The notes under the pieces were generated by a model. The model was not told where the DNA came from. It made no database searches and saw only the letters and a program-made list of their open reading frames with translations. A program made the position numbers and the translations under genes. Shown piece after piece: positions 35,850-45,201 of a stretch of 64,000 nt of DNA. Positions within the stretch are counted from its first letter, which is position 1. Each line of letters begins with the position of its first letter. Where the stretch lies: the NCBI GenBank assembly GCA_041167265.1, contig JBEEHG010000071.1:10617-74616 (forward strand), given 5' to 3'. The DNA comes from Verrucomicrobiota bacterium (lineage in GTDB: Bacteria > Verrucomicrobiota > Verrucomicrobiia > Chthoniobacterales > UBA10450).

Positions 35850-38285
35850 TTACCCCTCGCTCGGGCTCGCCCGGGAGCTCAATCTCGCGTTTTCCGCCTG
35901 CAATTCCTCGATAATATCTTCCAGGAACTCCGCGCTTCGAGGCCGGTCGTTCCGGCGTCTGCTCCGGATCGTGGCGAGGCGCTCATGGATAACCCTGCCG
36001 GCCAGGGTTGGGAAATGCCGGGCCCGGATATCTTCGGCGGCACGTCGGCCTCGCAGCTCGGCTGCCTTACGATTCGCATACACCTCGCAAAGAAGGTTAG
36101 CGGCAGCCGCCGTGTCCGGCTCAGCCCACCGAGACGTGGCCGGATATGGCTCGCGCTCCAAACCCACCGGGCAGAGCCGAAATGGGCAGAGGTAGCTGTT
36201 TTCCGGCGTCATGAATTCTAGGTTGCCGGAATAGCCGGTGGCAATCGTCGGTTTACCGAGCGCCATCGCTTCCGCCATCGTCAGGCCAAAGCCCTCCGAG
36301 CGATGAAGCGAGACGTAACAGTCAACGAGCGCTGTCAGACTGCTGTTTTCAATGGGCGAAAGATAACCGTCCCTTAAAATGATATCGCTCCGGTCGCGCG
36401 CGGCGTAGCGCAGTTTTTCCAGTTCCAGCACGCGTTTATCGCCATTGATTGTTTTAATGACGAGGGCCGGACCCGAGCCGTCGGGAAAGGCTTCGGTAAA
36501 CGCTCTGATTAACCCAACGGGATTTTTTCGCTCGAGAACGCTGAGAAAATCGAAGCTGAATAGAAACGTGAACGTCGCCGGCAACCCCAAATCCGCGCGA
36601 GAGAGCGTGCGGTCGACCTGGGGCACCGGGATTGGTAGCCGGTATTTAAAAACCGGCTTCCGCGAAACTTTGAGGAAAGTTTCACGCATGAATTCGCTCG
36701 CAACCCAGACTTCATCGACATAGTTGAACGCGCCGTGGAGGGATTTGGGGAAGTCCTCAACTTCCCAAAACCAGACGCCAATGGTGTAGCGACCGTGGCG
36801 AAGCTCCGGGCCTGTCTCCTCCGCGAACCGGGGGAACTGATCCGGATTCACGCAGACAAGGTTAATATCGGCGGGTGGCCCGTCGGCGCGGCGCTCGGTG
36901 AAGGGGTGCTCTTGCCGGTTGGCGGTGGCGCCGAACGAAACCGTGTTGAAGGGAATGCCGACCGCCTCGAGCGCTGACAGAATGGAGCGCGCGGCGCCTC
37001 CCAGCCCGAGCTCGGCCCGGAAATAACCGGCAACATTCACGGCAGCCGTCGCGGGATTCGCCGATTCGCGGGCGTTCGCCGTGTTCGCGGCCACATCATC
37101 GGGCGCGAGGACCGGCGGCAGCTCCAGTTCGTGCCGGCCGTAAAGCTGGTACCAATGCCGGAACGCAGCCGCGTCGACGCCGAGCGGCTCACGCACGGCC
37201 TGCGCTACATCCGGCCGATCGTCGAGGACGGCGAGCATGTAGCGAGTGACTGTCGCTCCCGACTTGGTAAGCGGCTCGTTCAACCAGCGGACAAAACCCT
37301 CTTCACCCTGTGGACCGAACGGGCTTGGCGGCTCCGGTGTTCCGTCGCGCCGAAACCTTTCAAGTGCGTCGGAGTAGAGTCGGCGCATGCGATCCTCGAT
37401 TCGCAGACCGCTGGCCATGTTGTCGAAGGGAGATGATAGCCGAAGGGATCGGCCCACCGCGTTTCGCAGCAGGTTGTCGCGATACTCCTCACAGAATCGA
37501 GCCAGCGCCGGGTATTCGCTCAAAAGAATGTGGGGCTCCAAACCAAGATATTTGCTTAGGAGATGCGGCTTGTGGGGATCGTAGCCCCGAAAGTCGAACG
37601 AGCGGAGCGGCCCGCCGTCGACTTTGTAGCCGTCGGCCGCCGCCTCGAAGGTTTTCGGATCGAGGGTCTGATACGAGCAGGCAAAGCCGGGCGATCGCAC
37701 GGTTGCGTGGGGGACGGCATCAAAGGCCGTTTCAAGAGTTTCCAGCCGATCTTCGACAGGGGAATGCCGATGACGGATGACGCTCCCTTCCCACGCTCGA
37801 TCAAACCATGCAGACAGATCCGCCTCCGTTCCGGCGCGCGCCGCGATAAAACTCCGGCCAAAATCCGGGTGGTCGTTCTCGATTCGGGGCGACGCCAGGA
37901 TTGGCGATTCGGGGTTCGGCAATTCCGACTCAGTCAGCGATCCGAACAGCACCGTCGAACATTCGAAATAGGCGGCGACGTCTGCGCCTCGTTTTTCGAG
38001 CACGGTCCGCAACAACGCGGGCCTAAGCAGGGCCGTGATTTCGCGCGCGGTAAGAATCATCGGCAGTCGCCATTCTTCCCCGGCGGGAACGTCAAGATCG
38101 CGCGGCCCCAGGACAAAGGCGTTGGGAATCGCGATCGGCGCTTCGATCCGATCGAGAAAAAAGAGCGCAAACTGAGCGCGGGGATGAAAATTTAGGAAAG
38201 ATTTCGCCAGCACAAGCGCCTGCGCGGCGGTCGCGCTGTGGGCGATCGTGCAGCCAACCAGTGATGTTCTCGCGTTCTTATCCAC
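35850..38285 (-). CDS. Two-module glycosyltransferase: N-terminal GT-A/GT8-like region and C-terminal GT4
   Basis: N-terminal CTIAHSATAAQALVLAKSF... The C-terminal SLHRSEGFGLTMAEAMALGKPTIATGYSGNLEF and ERKNPVGLIRAF parallel 7929..9539. Confidence 0.75.
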   Translation of the reverse strand: MDKNARTSLVGCTIAHSATAAQALVLAKSFLNFHPRAQFALFFLDRIEAPIAIPNAFVLGPRDLDVPAGEEWRLPMILTAREITALLRPALLRTVLEKRGADVAAYFECSTVLFGSLTESELPNPESPILASPRIENDHPDFGRSFIAARAGTEADLSAWFDRAWEGSVIRHRHSPVEDRLETLETAFDAVPHATVRSPGFACSYQTLDPKTFEAAADGYKVDGGPLRSFDFRGYDPHKPHLLSKYLGLEPHILLSEYPALARFCEEYRDNLLRNAVGRSLRLSSPFDNMASGLRIEDRMRRLYSDALERFRRDGTPEPPSPFGPQGEEGFVRWLNEPLTKSGATVTRYMLAVLDDRPDVAQAVREPLGVDAAAFRHWYQLYGRHELELPPVLAPDDVAANTANARESANPATAAVNVAGYFRAELGLGGAARSILSALEAVGIPFNTVSFGATANRQEHPFTERRADGPPADINLVCVNPDQFPRFAEETGPELRHGRYTIGVWFWEVEDFPKSLHGAFNYVDEVWVASEFMRETFLKVSRKPVFKYRLPIPVPQVDRTLSRADLGLPATFTFLFSFDFLSVLERKNPVGLIRAFTEAFPDGSGPALVIKTINGDKRVLELEKLRYAARDRSDIILRDGYLSPIENSSLTALVDCYVSLHRSEGFGLTMAEAMALGKPTIATGYSGNLEFMTPENSYLCPFRLCPVGLEREPYPATSRWAEPDTAAAANLLCEVYANRKAAELRGRRAAEDIRARHFPTLAGRVIHERLATIRSRRRNDRPRSAEFLEDIIEELQAENARLSSRASPSEG

Positions 38286-38288
38286 GGG

Positions 38289-40196
38289 CTAATTATTGGC
38301 CAATCGCAGACGCGGCAGGAGCGCCGCCATGATCTGGTCAACGCACTCGCCGGCTCCGTGTTCATGCGTTCGCACCACGATTTCCGGATCCTCCGGCGGC
38401 TCGTAAGGCGCGTCGATCCCGGTGAACCCTTTTAATTTCCCGGAGCGCGCTTTTTGGTAGAGACCCTTCGGATCGCGTTGCTCGCAGACCGCCAGGGGCG
38501 CGTCGACGAAGATCTCCACGAACTCGGCGCCGGCCTGCAGGGCGATCGCCCGGGCCCGGGCGCGGTCGGCGCGGTAGGGCGAAATAAAGGATGTGATCAC
38601 CACCGTCCCGGCATCGGCCATTAGCTTCGCGACTTCGCTGACCCGGCGAATATTTTCGGCGCGATCTTCCGGAGCGAACCCGAGGTTCGCGTTCAACCCG
38701 TGGCGCAGGTTATCGCCATCCAGCACGTAGGTGTGCATGGAAAGCTGGAACAATTCTTTCTCGAGGCCGCGCGCGATCGTCGACTTTCCGGCGCCGGAAA
38801 GTCCGGTGAGCCAGATGACAGCGCCGCGATGTTGGTTCCGCGCGGCCCGGCGCTCCGCGGTAATTTCGCTTTCGCTCCAAAAAATATTGTCGCTTTTGAC
38901 CGCCCTTTGCTCCGTGTAAACCGCTCCGGAAATAATCCCGCCGCCGAGCAGATTGTTGCCATCAGCCAGAATGAGCCGGCCCGTCGCCCGAACGCGCTCA
39001 TGATTGTCCAGAACGACCGGACGCCGGGTTTGTAACGTCACCTCGCCCACTTCATTGGGGCGAAGTTCGTCGCGACCGGTCGGCCCTGCATCCAGGGTCG
39101 CGGCATCGATCACGTTGCCGACGGCAACCACCTGGCACTCGACGTCCTGCGTCACCAGCTTCAACCGGTAACGTGCTCCAGCTCGCAACGGTTCCTTCGC
39201 GATCCAAAATACCTTCGCGTGGACGCGGTTCGATTCGATGGGCGAATCCGTTTCGTGCGACCCAATGTGGCCCCGCTCAATAAAAATGTGGTCGCGTAAA
39301 GTGATCCCGATCGATTCCCTGGCGGTCGCAGATTCGGTGGATGAACTGGGCCAGCGCTCGATCGTCGCCACCCGCGCCGTTTTGTGATGAGGAGAAAACA
39401 AAAGCTGATCACCCACCCGCAAAGTGCCGGACTCAACCCGCCCGGCCAGGATCCGGCGGTTGTCCATCCGATAAACGTCCTGGATCGGAAAACGCAGGGG
39501 CTGGGCGCCGAATGTTTCCGGCGGTTCCAATTCGTCGATGGCGTCGAGCAGATTCGGGCCATCGAACCATTTCATGGCCGGCTCCGTGTTCTTCGCCACA
39601 TTCACGCCTGTGCGAGCCGATACCGGCACGAACGCGCGGGCCCTTATTCCGAGCTGGCCCAGGAACGCAGCGAATTCCGCTTCGATCTCGCGAAACGACG
39701 ACTCGCTGTAGTTCGCCAAGTCCATCTTGTTGACCGCGACGATCGCCTGGCGAATTCCGAGAAGACTGAGCAGTTGGCCGTGGCGCCGGCTCTGTTCCCG
39801 CGCGCCCTCGTCCGCGGCGATCACCATCACGGCCGCGTCCGCGCTGGCGGCGCCGGTAATCATGTTCTTGAGGAACTCCTCGTGCCCGGGCGCGTCGATG
39901 ATCACGTAACTACGGGCGCGGGTCCGAAACTGGATCTGGGTGGTGTCGATCGTGACGTTCTGCTGTTGTTCTTCCGCGAGCGCGTCGAGCACAAACGCAT
40001 ATTCGAATTGCCGGCCGGCGGCCTGACAGCTTGCGCGCAACGATTCGATCTTCCCTTCCGGCAACGATCCCGTCTCCTCCAGGATCCGCCCGATCAAAGT
40101 CGACTTGCCATGATCCACATGACCAACGAAAACGATCTTGAGCGAAACCGGAGAGTGGAGACCGGAAACCGGAGAGGCCATGTTACTTGTGCGCAC
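38289..40196 (-). CDS. cysNC: Bifunctional sulfate adenylyltransferase subunit 1 / adenylylsulfate (APS) kinase
   Basis: GTPase motifs GHVDHGKSTL, DAPGHEEF and NKMD. The C-terminal APS kinase P-loop reads LTGLSGAGKSTIA. Confidence 0.92.
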   Translation of the reverse strand: MRTSNMASPVSGLHSPVSLKIVFVGHVDHGKSTLIGRILEETGSLPEGKIESLRASCQAAGRQFEYAFVLDALAEEQQQNVTIDTTQIQFRTRARSYVIIDAPGHEEFLKNMITGAASADAAVMVIAADEGAREQSRRHGQLLSLLGIRQAIVAVNKMDLANYSESSFREIEAEFAAFLGQLGIRARAFVPVSARTGVNVAKNTEPAMKWFDGPNLLDAIDELEPPETFGAQPLRFPIQDVYRMDNRRILAGRVESGTLRVGDQLLFSPHHKTARVATIERWPSSSTESATARESIGITLRDHIFIERGHIGSHETDSPIESNRVHAKVFWIAKEPLRAGARYRLKLVTQDVECQVVAVGNVIDAATLDAGPTGRDELRPNEVGEVTLQTRRPVVLDNHERVRATGRLILADGNNLLGGGIISGAVYTEQRAVKSDNIFWSESEITAERRAARNQHRGAVIWLTGLSGAGKSTIARGLEKELFQLSMHTYVLDGDNLRHGLNANLGFAPEDRAENIRRVSEVAKLMADAGTVVITSFISPYRADRARARAIALQAGAEFVEIFVDAPLAVCEQRDPKGLYQKARSGKLKGFTGIDAPYEPPEDPEIVVRTHEHGAGECVDQIMAALLPRLRLANN

Positions 40197-40584
40197 CTTT
40201 TCGCGCCGTTTTTATTGACGACACTGTGATCGCGATAATCTCGTTTGCTTCCGCGCGCAGTTGTTTCACGCGCTTCTCTGCCGTTAAACCCAGTTCCACG
40301 AGGACGTCGATCCAATAGAGGGCTTCGTCGCACTCTTCTTCGACGATTCCCATTTTGGAAATGAAGTCGGCACGGGAGCGCCCGCGCACCGCGGCGCGAT
40401 AGTTCGCTCCAACGCTTGTTCCTGCACGCAACAGCTGTCGCCCGACGGTTTGCGCAACCATCGTCTTCGGCAAATTCTCGACAAGACGCACGCATCGAAC
40501 ACCAAATTGAAACGTCCTGTCTCGGAAATCGCTGGGGTGCGATGCTTCTCTTTCCGGTTTCTGATCTCCTGTTTCCGCTTTCAC
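40183..40584 (-). CDS. Four-helix-bundle protein of the 23S rRNA intervening-sequence (IVS) protein family
   Basis: FQFGVRCVRL...RQLLRAGTSVGANYRAA...RADFISKMGIVEEECDEALYWIDV. The GTG at 40584 overlaps the cysD stop (GTGA). The longer track ORF 40183..40839 overlaps cysD. Confidence 0.7.
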   Translation of the reverse strand: MKAETGDQKPEREASHPSDFRDRTFQFGVRCVRLVENLPKTMVAQTVGRQLLRAGTSVGANYRAAVRGRSRADFISKMGIVEEECDEALYWIDVLVELGLTAEKRVKQLRAEANEIIAITVSSIKTARKGAHK

Positions 40585-41396
40585 ATGAATCCTCGGGCGC
40601 GGAGTTTTTGCATCGCGTGCGGCTCGTAATGGTCCTGGGCGCGGCCGGCCCGCTCGCTCGAGCGCGTCGCTTCCAACTCGGCTATGATTTCCTCGATCGT
40701 GGCCGCGTTGCTTTCGATCGGATGCGTGATCGGCTGGCAGCCTAACGACCGATAACGTTTTCCGCCCCGCGCGAAATACAAAGGCGGGATTGGGATTTGT
40801 TCGCGCTGGAGGTAGCGCCAGATATCCACCTCCGTCCAATCAAGCAACGGCTGGACCCGGACATGTTCGCCCGGCGCGTTCTTGATCGCGAACTGTCCCC
40901 AGAACTGGGGCGGCTGTTGTTTGTAATGCCATTCCGAATCGGCGTCGCGCGGGGAAAAATAACGTTCCTTCGCGCGGGTCGGATCTTCGTCGCGCCGGAT
41001 CCCGGTGATGAGCGCGTCCCATTTGTGTTCCGCGAGCGCCTGCTTCAAGGCCACCGTCTTCAGCTCGTGCGTCACGGTGACCGGATCGTGCGTCTCGTAA
41101 CCGATCCCGCGCGCCCGCGCGTCGGTGTTCACCTTCACGATCAGGTTCAAGCCATATTGTTTGATCGCCCACTCGCGGAATTCGAGCATCTCGGGAAACT
41201 CGTAGGTCGTATCGATGTGGAGAAGCGGGTATGGAATTTTGCCAAAGAACGCCTTGAGCGAGAGCCAGAGAAGCACGTTGGAATCTTTCCCCATCGACCA
41301 CGGCATGGCCATATTGCGAAAGGCATGGTGCGCTTCGCGCAAAATAAAGATGCTGTGGTTCTCGAGCGCGTCGACGTGGGCGGCGGTGGTCATCAA
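40581..41396 (-). CDS. cysD: Sulfate adenylyltransferase subunit 2
   Basis: PP-loop PWSMGKDSNVLLWL. Full-length CysD-like sequence ending ...HYEPHAMQKLRARGFM. Confidence 0.92.
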   Translation of the reverse strand: MMTTAAHVDALENHSIFILREAHHAFRNMAMPWSMGKDSNVLLWLSLKAFFGKIPYPLLHIDTTYEFPEMLEFREWAIKQYGLNLIVKVNTDARARGIGYETHDPVTVTHELKTVALKQALAEHKWDALITGIRRDEDPTRAKERYFSPRDADSEWHYKQQPPQFWGQFAIKNAPGEHVRVQPLLDWTEVDIWRYLQREQIPIPPLYFARGGKRYRSLGCQPITHPIESNAATIEEIIAELEATRSSERAGRAQDHYEPHAMQKLRARGFM

Positions 41397-41437
41397 CTCT
41401 CGGGAATGTGAGGCCGGTTACTCCACTGGAAAAACAA

Positions 41438-41479
41438 AGCCGGCAGACGGATTCGAACCGACGACCTGCTGATTACAAA
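41438..41479 (-). pseudogene. 3' fragment of a tRNA-Thr(UGU)-like gene (anticodon loop to acceptor 3' strand); candidate att remnant
   Basis: Minus strand reads TTTGTAA-TCAGC-AGGTC-GTCGG-TTCGAAT-CCGTC-TGCCGGC-T. There is no matching 5' acceptor, D-arm or 5' anticodon stem upstream, and the T-stem has one U-U mismatch. Confidence 0.6.
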
Positions 41480-41702
41480 TTTACACCCGCTCTCTGTCGA
41501 AAACGGCTCATCCCGGGAGAAAACGACGGAAACCAGCGCAAAACAAGGCAAATCGGGGGGAGAGATTTGTACAAAATCTTTCCAAAGAAACTCACCGAAG
41601 TCAGTTTATCACGGCTCGGCAAGTTGGAGGGCGACCAGCTGCGTGAAGTCGGGGCTCTCCCATCGCTGATGACCGTGAGGAACTCCGCCCGGAACCTTAA
41701 CG

Positions 41703-43784
41703 TTACCGCGCGGCGGTGGTGGGCGGGTCAATTGTGAAAACGTGGACCGCACGGAACTGCGATCGCTCCTGTCGGTTGGCGTCGTCTGGGGCGTGGCTCT
41801 CTCCAATTGAAAGCAACGACTCCACAACGATACCTCGCGCCAGGAGCGCGGCCTGTACGGCGCGCCCACGGTGTGCCGCCAGATCGACATTCGCCCGTTC
41901 TCCGCCGGAGGCATCCGTACCGGCTTCGAGAATGACTCGGTGTTGCCGAGTGTGTTTCAACTGCGCGGCGATCTCGTCGATGATTTCCCACGCCCGGCGC
42001 GATAGCTTCGCCGAATTTAACTCGAAAAGAATTGGTTCCCCGATGCGTTGAGCGGTTTCGGGCCTCTGCACTACAATCGTGGGCTTCTCGCCACTAGCCG
42101 GGTTCACGATAACCGTCGTTCCACCCGTAACGGGCACCAACTCCTTCTCTGATTTTAGTGCGCTTTCGCCCTTTTCCCCCTCTACGTGGGGAGGAACTTC
42201 TCCCTCCGACGGCGGCGGGGGCTCGGGTTCCGGTTTCTGCACCGCCACCGCGACATCGTGCGCCTTAAATTCATGAAGGATCACCATGGCCTGGCCCTGG
42301 GCCGCCCAGCTCTGGGCTGCACCACGAGTGGCGAGCTCACGGAAGTGATTTCGATCTTTTATCGGCTCGGCCGTGACGCCCATCGCGTCCAAGTCACCGC
42401 AGCGAAGAGCAAAGAGATTTCGCGAGCCAGTTTTCGCAATCGTCTCTTGGAGCAATTGCTTGTCGGACGCTGGGGGGGCGGATGCCGACGTTGGCTTGTC
42501 TAGTTCCTGGATGACGAGAGGCTTTTTCGCCTGCTGCGCCCACGCCTTGATGATTTGCTCTGCGGGCAGTCCGCTGCTCCCAAATAAGCGGCTCAGGATG
42601 CTCGGCTTAAGATTCTTCTGATCCACGACGATAGACGCTTCGCATATCGCCTTGTCCGCATCGCGGCGGAAGAGCAACTTCACGTTCGGGATCAATGCGG
42701 TGCCTTCGGGCGTGATAAAGGGCGACAGCAGTTCGAGAAGCTCGGCCGACAATTCGTTGTTCTTCGGCTCAGGCGCGACCACCACGATATCCACAGTGTT
42801 GATGGCCGCGGCCTTCTCTTTCGGTTTCGCGCAACTCACAAAGATCATGCCTGTCATCGCGAGCAAGAGCGGAGCGACAGCGATGAGAGCCGCTTGGCTG
42901 CTGTGCGGCACCGCAACAATTTCCTGATTCGGGTTCAGGGCGATCTGCGTGGCCTGAAAGTCGAGGCATGCGCAGAGCACTTCCGCTTGTGCTTCCGGCG
43001 TCTCTTGCTGCGTCGCGAGATCCATAGCTTCGTCATCTTGCAACGTACCACGGACAAGGAGTACCCAGTCGCCATTCGCGTTTTCCACAAGTTCCTGTTG
43101 GTTGACCGCGACCTTGCGGAGCTTGGAGGTCGGCTTGAACGACAACCGCCGCGCCTCCGTGAATCTAAGATCGCTATCGCCTCGGCAGTAGCGTCTCCAG
43201 TTCAGCGCGAGAAGGAGACGGAAAAAGACGTGCGCGCCAAGGTAGCCGGTCTTCCGGATGTGGAGAAACGCAACGAACGCATACGATACTGGCACGGCGA
43301 CCAAGGCGATGGTCGGATCCGCGCGCTCGATAAAGAAACCTGCTTTCACGAGCGCCGAAGTTGCCAATCCAATCATACCAATCCAGGACAAAACTCGACG
43401 CCAAATCGCGGGTTTGAAAATGCTCGCCCAGTTCTTTTCATCAGGCGTTCGGGCGCGATTTCGGTTAATGTAATATTCCTGCCACGCGGCGGTGCCAGAA
43501 TGCGCGAAGCCCGCCAGAAGCAGGTCGAGCAGGACGAAACCAGCCAGCGCCACGAGGTTTTCGAAAGCGCCGACGGCCCGTAGTTGCCACACCGAATAGA
43601 TTTCCAGGCTCAGCGCCAGGAAAAACCAGATAACGTCGGACGCGACGTTGTCGGTGTCGAAGCAGCCGGGGTGGGTAATCGAGCACTCACGGCTGCCCAG
43701 CGTTATCGGTCGCTTTCTGGTGCTGAGCCACGCACGCTTAACGGCGGCCCGGGGTTCGAATGTTGTGGTTGGGTCAATTATCAT
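41703..43784 (-). CDS. Multi-pass membrane protein with C-terminal OmpA/MotB-like peptidoglycan-binding domain
   Basis: ATG at 43784 (MIIDPTT...). There are 4-5 N-terminal TM helices, another TM near aa 330, a Pro/Glu linker, then FELNSAKL...VDLAAHRGRAVQAALLARG. Confidence 0.7.
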   Translation of the reverse strand: MIIDPTTTFEPRAAVKRAWLSTRKRPITLGSRECSITHPGCFDTDNVASDVIWFFLALSLEIYSVWQLRAVGAFENLVALAGFVLLDLLLAGFAHSGTAAWQEYYINRNRARTPDEKNWASIFKPAIWRRVLSWIGMIGLATSALVKAGFFIERADPTIALVAVPVSYAFVAFLHIRKTGYLGAHVFFRLLLALNWRRYCRGDSDLRFTEARRLSFKPTSKLRKVAVNQQELVENANGDWVLLVRGTLQDDEAMDLATQQETPEAQAEVLCACLDFQATQIALNPNQEIVAVPHSSQAALIAVAPLLLAMTGMIFVSCAKPKEKAAAINTVDIVVVAPEPKNNELSAELLELLSPFITPEGTALIPNVKLLFRRDADKAICEASIVVDQKNLKPSILSRLFGSSGLPAEQIIKAWAQQAKKPLVIQELDKPTSASAPPASDKQLLQETIAKTGSRNLFALRCGDLDAMGVTAEPIKDRNHFRELATRGAAQSWAAQGQAMVILHEFKAHDVAVAVQKPEPEPPPPSEGEVPPHVEGEKGESALKSEKELVPVTGGTTVIVNPASGEKPTIVVQRPETAQRIGEPILFELNSAKLSRRAWEIIDEIAAQLKHTRQHRVILEAGTDASGGERANVDLAAHRGRAVQAALLARGIVVESLLSIGESHAPDDANRQERSQFRAVHVFTIDPPTTAAR

Positions 43785-43827
43785 TGTTCGTGTTTTCACT
43801 TCGGGTGCCTTTCTTTGTTTGCTGCAT

Positions 43828-44049
43828 TTACTCGACTGTCGGTTCGTGAAGTAATCGGGGGTTGGCTCCGCGCCCCAGGTCGACGCCGAGACGGGCTGCG
43901 AAGTCGCCGTCCGACGGCTCGGGCGGCCAGAAGAAGAACAGCCGGCCACGCGGCCCGTCGGAGACGATGATCACGGCGTCCCAGGCGGCGCCGATGACCT
44001 TGGCCTCCACGCCACTGATCGAATCCGAGATTTGCATACAATTTTTCAC
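43828..44049 (-). CDS. Small hypothetical protein (uncertain)
   Basis: A 73-aa ORF just upstream of, and co-directional with, the OmpA-domain gene. The sequence (MQISDSISGVEAKVIGAAWDAVIIVSDG...) is not obviously junk. Confidence 0.3.
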   Translation of the reverse strand: MKNCMQISDSISGVEAKVIGAAWDAVIIVSDGPRGRLFFFWPPEPSDGDFAARLGVDLGRGANPRLLHEPTVE

Positions 44050-44171
44050 GGACCTTTCCTCCCCTCTTCCCTCTTTTGCCTCTGTTCGATCTTGTTGTCA
44101 ATAACGATCTTGACAGATATTATTGAAGTTTTGACTTTCCTCGGCCGCTTTTCTGCTGTGAAGTGATTTCC

Positions 44172-45185
44172 ATGGCCAAACGACATGCACCCGAAGCGGC
44201 GAAGCCTAAGATCAACGAAATCCTCCGGGAGCGGCTAACTCGACAGGAGGGAAACCTCAGACGCGCGGCAGATCGTCTGCAGTTAAACTATCAGAGGCTC
44301 CGCCAAGACCTTTCCGAAAATAATTTTTCCGCCGCGGACTTGCGGATTTTGTGCGATGCGGTCGGGCTCCCGACGGATCCCGTGAAGTTACGCGGTCAAT
44401 ACGAGTTTAAGTCCCGAGCAGGCGTCCGCGGCACTCGAAAGATCCACGAACGCAGACGCGCGATGCTCGCGGGCCCGCTAAAGCGCGACGGTTCCGGCCT
44501 TCCAGCCACCTTTGATTACTATGAAGCACGCCAGGAGCAGATCGCCCGCGTGGTCGATTCGGCCGGAGAAAACATTCAAGGGCTGTTTCACGGACTTGGT
44601 AAACCCGATTCTCTATTTCTTACCGTCATAGACGAGGAGCCTATTCATTGGCAGGAAGAGCAGGCCGCGACAGCACTTCCGCGCGTCGCCGAGGCAATAA
44701 TGAACGGCGCCATGATCGCATACCTGCATCCCAGCGACGAACTCTACGATGAATTGAAACGCTATGGATTTCCCGCCCTCGAGCCGGGTTTTCTCCGCGC
44801 TCGGTTCAAGGATTTCATCGACGTTCTCACGCTGCATCTGCCGAAGAAAGAAAGATCCCGGGTCGAGGAACAGGTAACCCGCATCGGTTTCAGGTGGCCA
44901 ACGATCTGCGTCCCCTATTTCCGGTTTGCTCTCTATCATCACAACCCGGGCGAGCACTCACGGGTGTGGGCGACCGTAACCGTGCCGATGATGAACCGCG
45001 CGAGGAGCACCGAGCGTCAAACGAATCGAGTGATTCTCGAACTCGACAAAACTGCCACCAGCTTCCTTCACGGATTATGTCGAAGGGCTGTCACATCTGC
45101 CCTAAAACAACCGACCGACGAAGAAGTGAGTCGGACAGCAGTCGCTGAATTATTCAGGCGGCTCTGTCCCGGCGCCAAGGAGTGA
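44172..45185 (+). CDS. Hypothetical protein with possible N-terminal HTH
   Basis: A 337-aa ORF from the ATG at 44172. The N-terminal INEILRERLTRQEGNLRRAADRLQLNYQRL looks HTH-like. No family recognised. Confidence 0.55.
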   Translation: MAKRHAPEAAKPKINEILRERLTRQEGNLRRAADRLQLNYQRLRQDLSENNFSAADLRILCDAVGLPTDPVKLRGQYEFKSRAGVRGTRKIHERRRAMLAGPLKRDGSGLPATFDYYEARQEQIARVVDSAGENIQGLFHGLGKPDSLFLTVIDEEPIHWQEEQAATALPRVAEAIMNGAMIAYLHPSDELYDELKRYGFPALEPGFLRARFKDFIDVLTLHLPKKERSRVEEQVTRIGFRWPTICVPYFRFALYHHNPGEHSRVWATVTVPMMNRARSTERQTNRVILELDKTATSFLHGLCRRAVTSALKQPTDEEVSRTAVAELFRRLCPGAKE

Positions 45186-45201
45186 GAAAATCAACCGCTC
45201 T

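Noticed and set aside
40585-40839. A long version (218 aa) of the IVS-family ORF.
   Set aside because: The upstream 85 codons overlap the 3' end of cysD in another frame and look like low-complexity Arg/Pro sequence. A GTG at 40584 gives a family-typical ~134-aa protein.
41436-41520. An intact tRNA gene on the minus strand.
   Set aside because: Only the anticodon loop, 3' anticodon stem, variable loop, T-arm and 3' acceptor strand are present. The sequence where the 5' acceptor strand (GCCGGCA), D-arm and 5' anticodon stem (GCTGA) should lie does not match. I called it a fragment.
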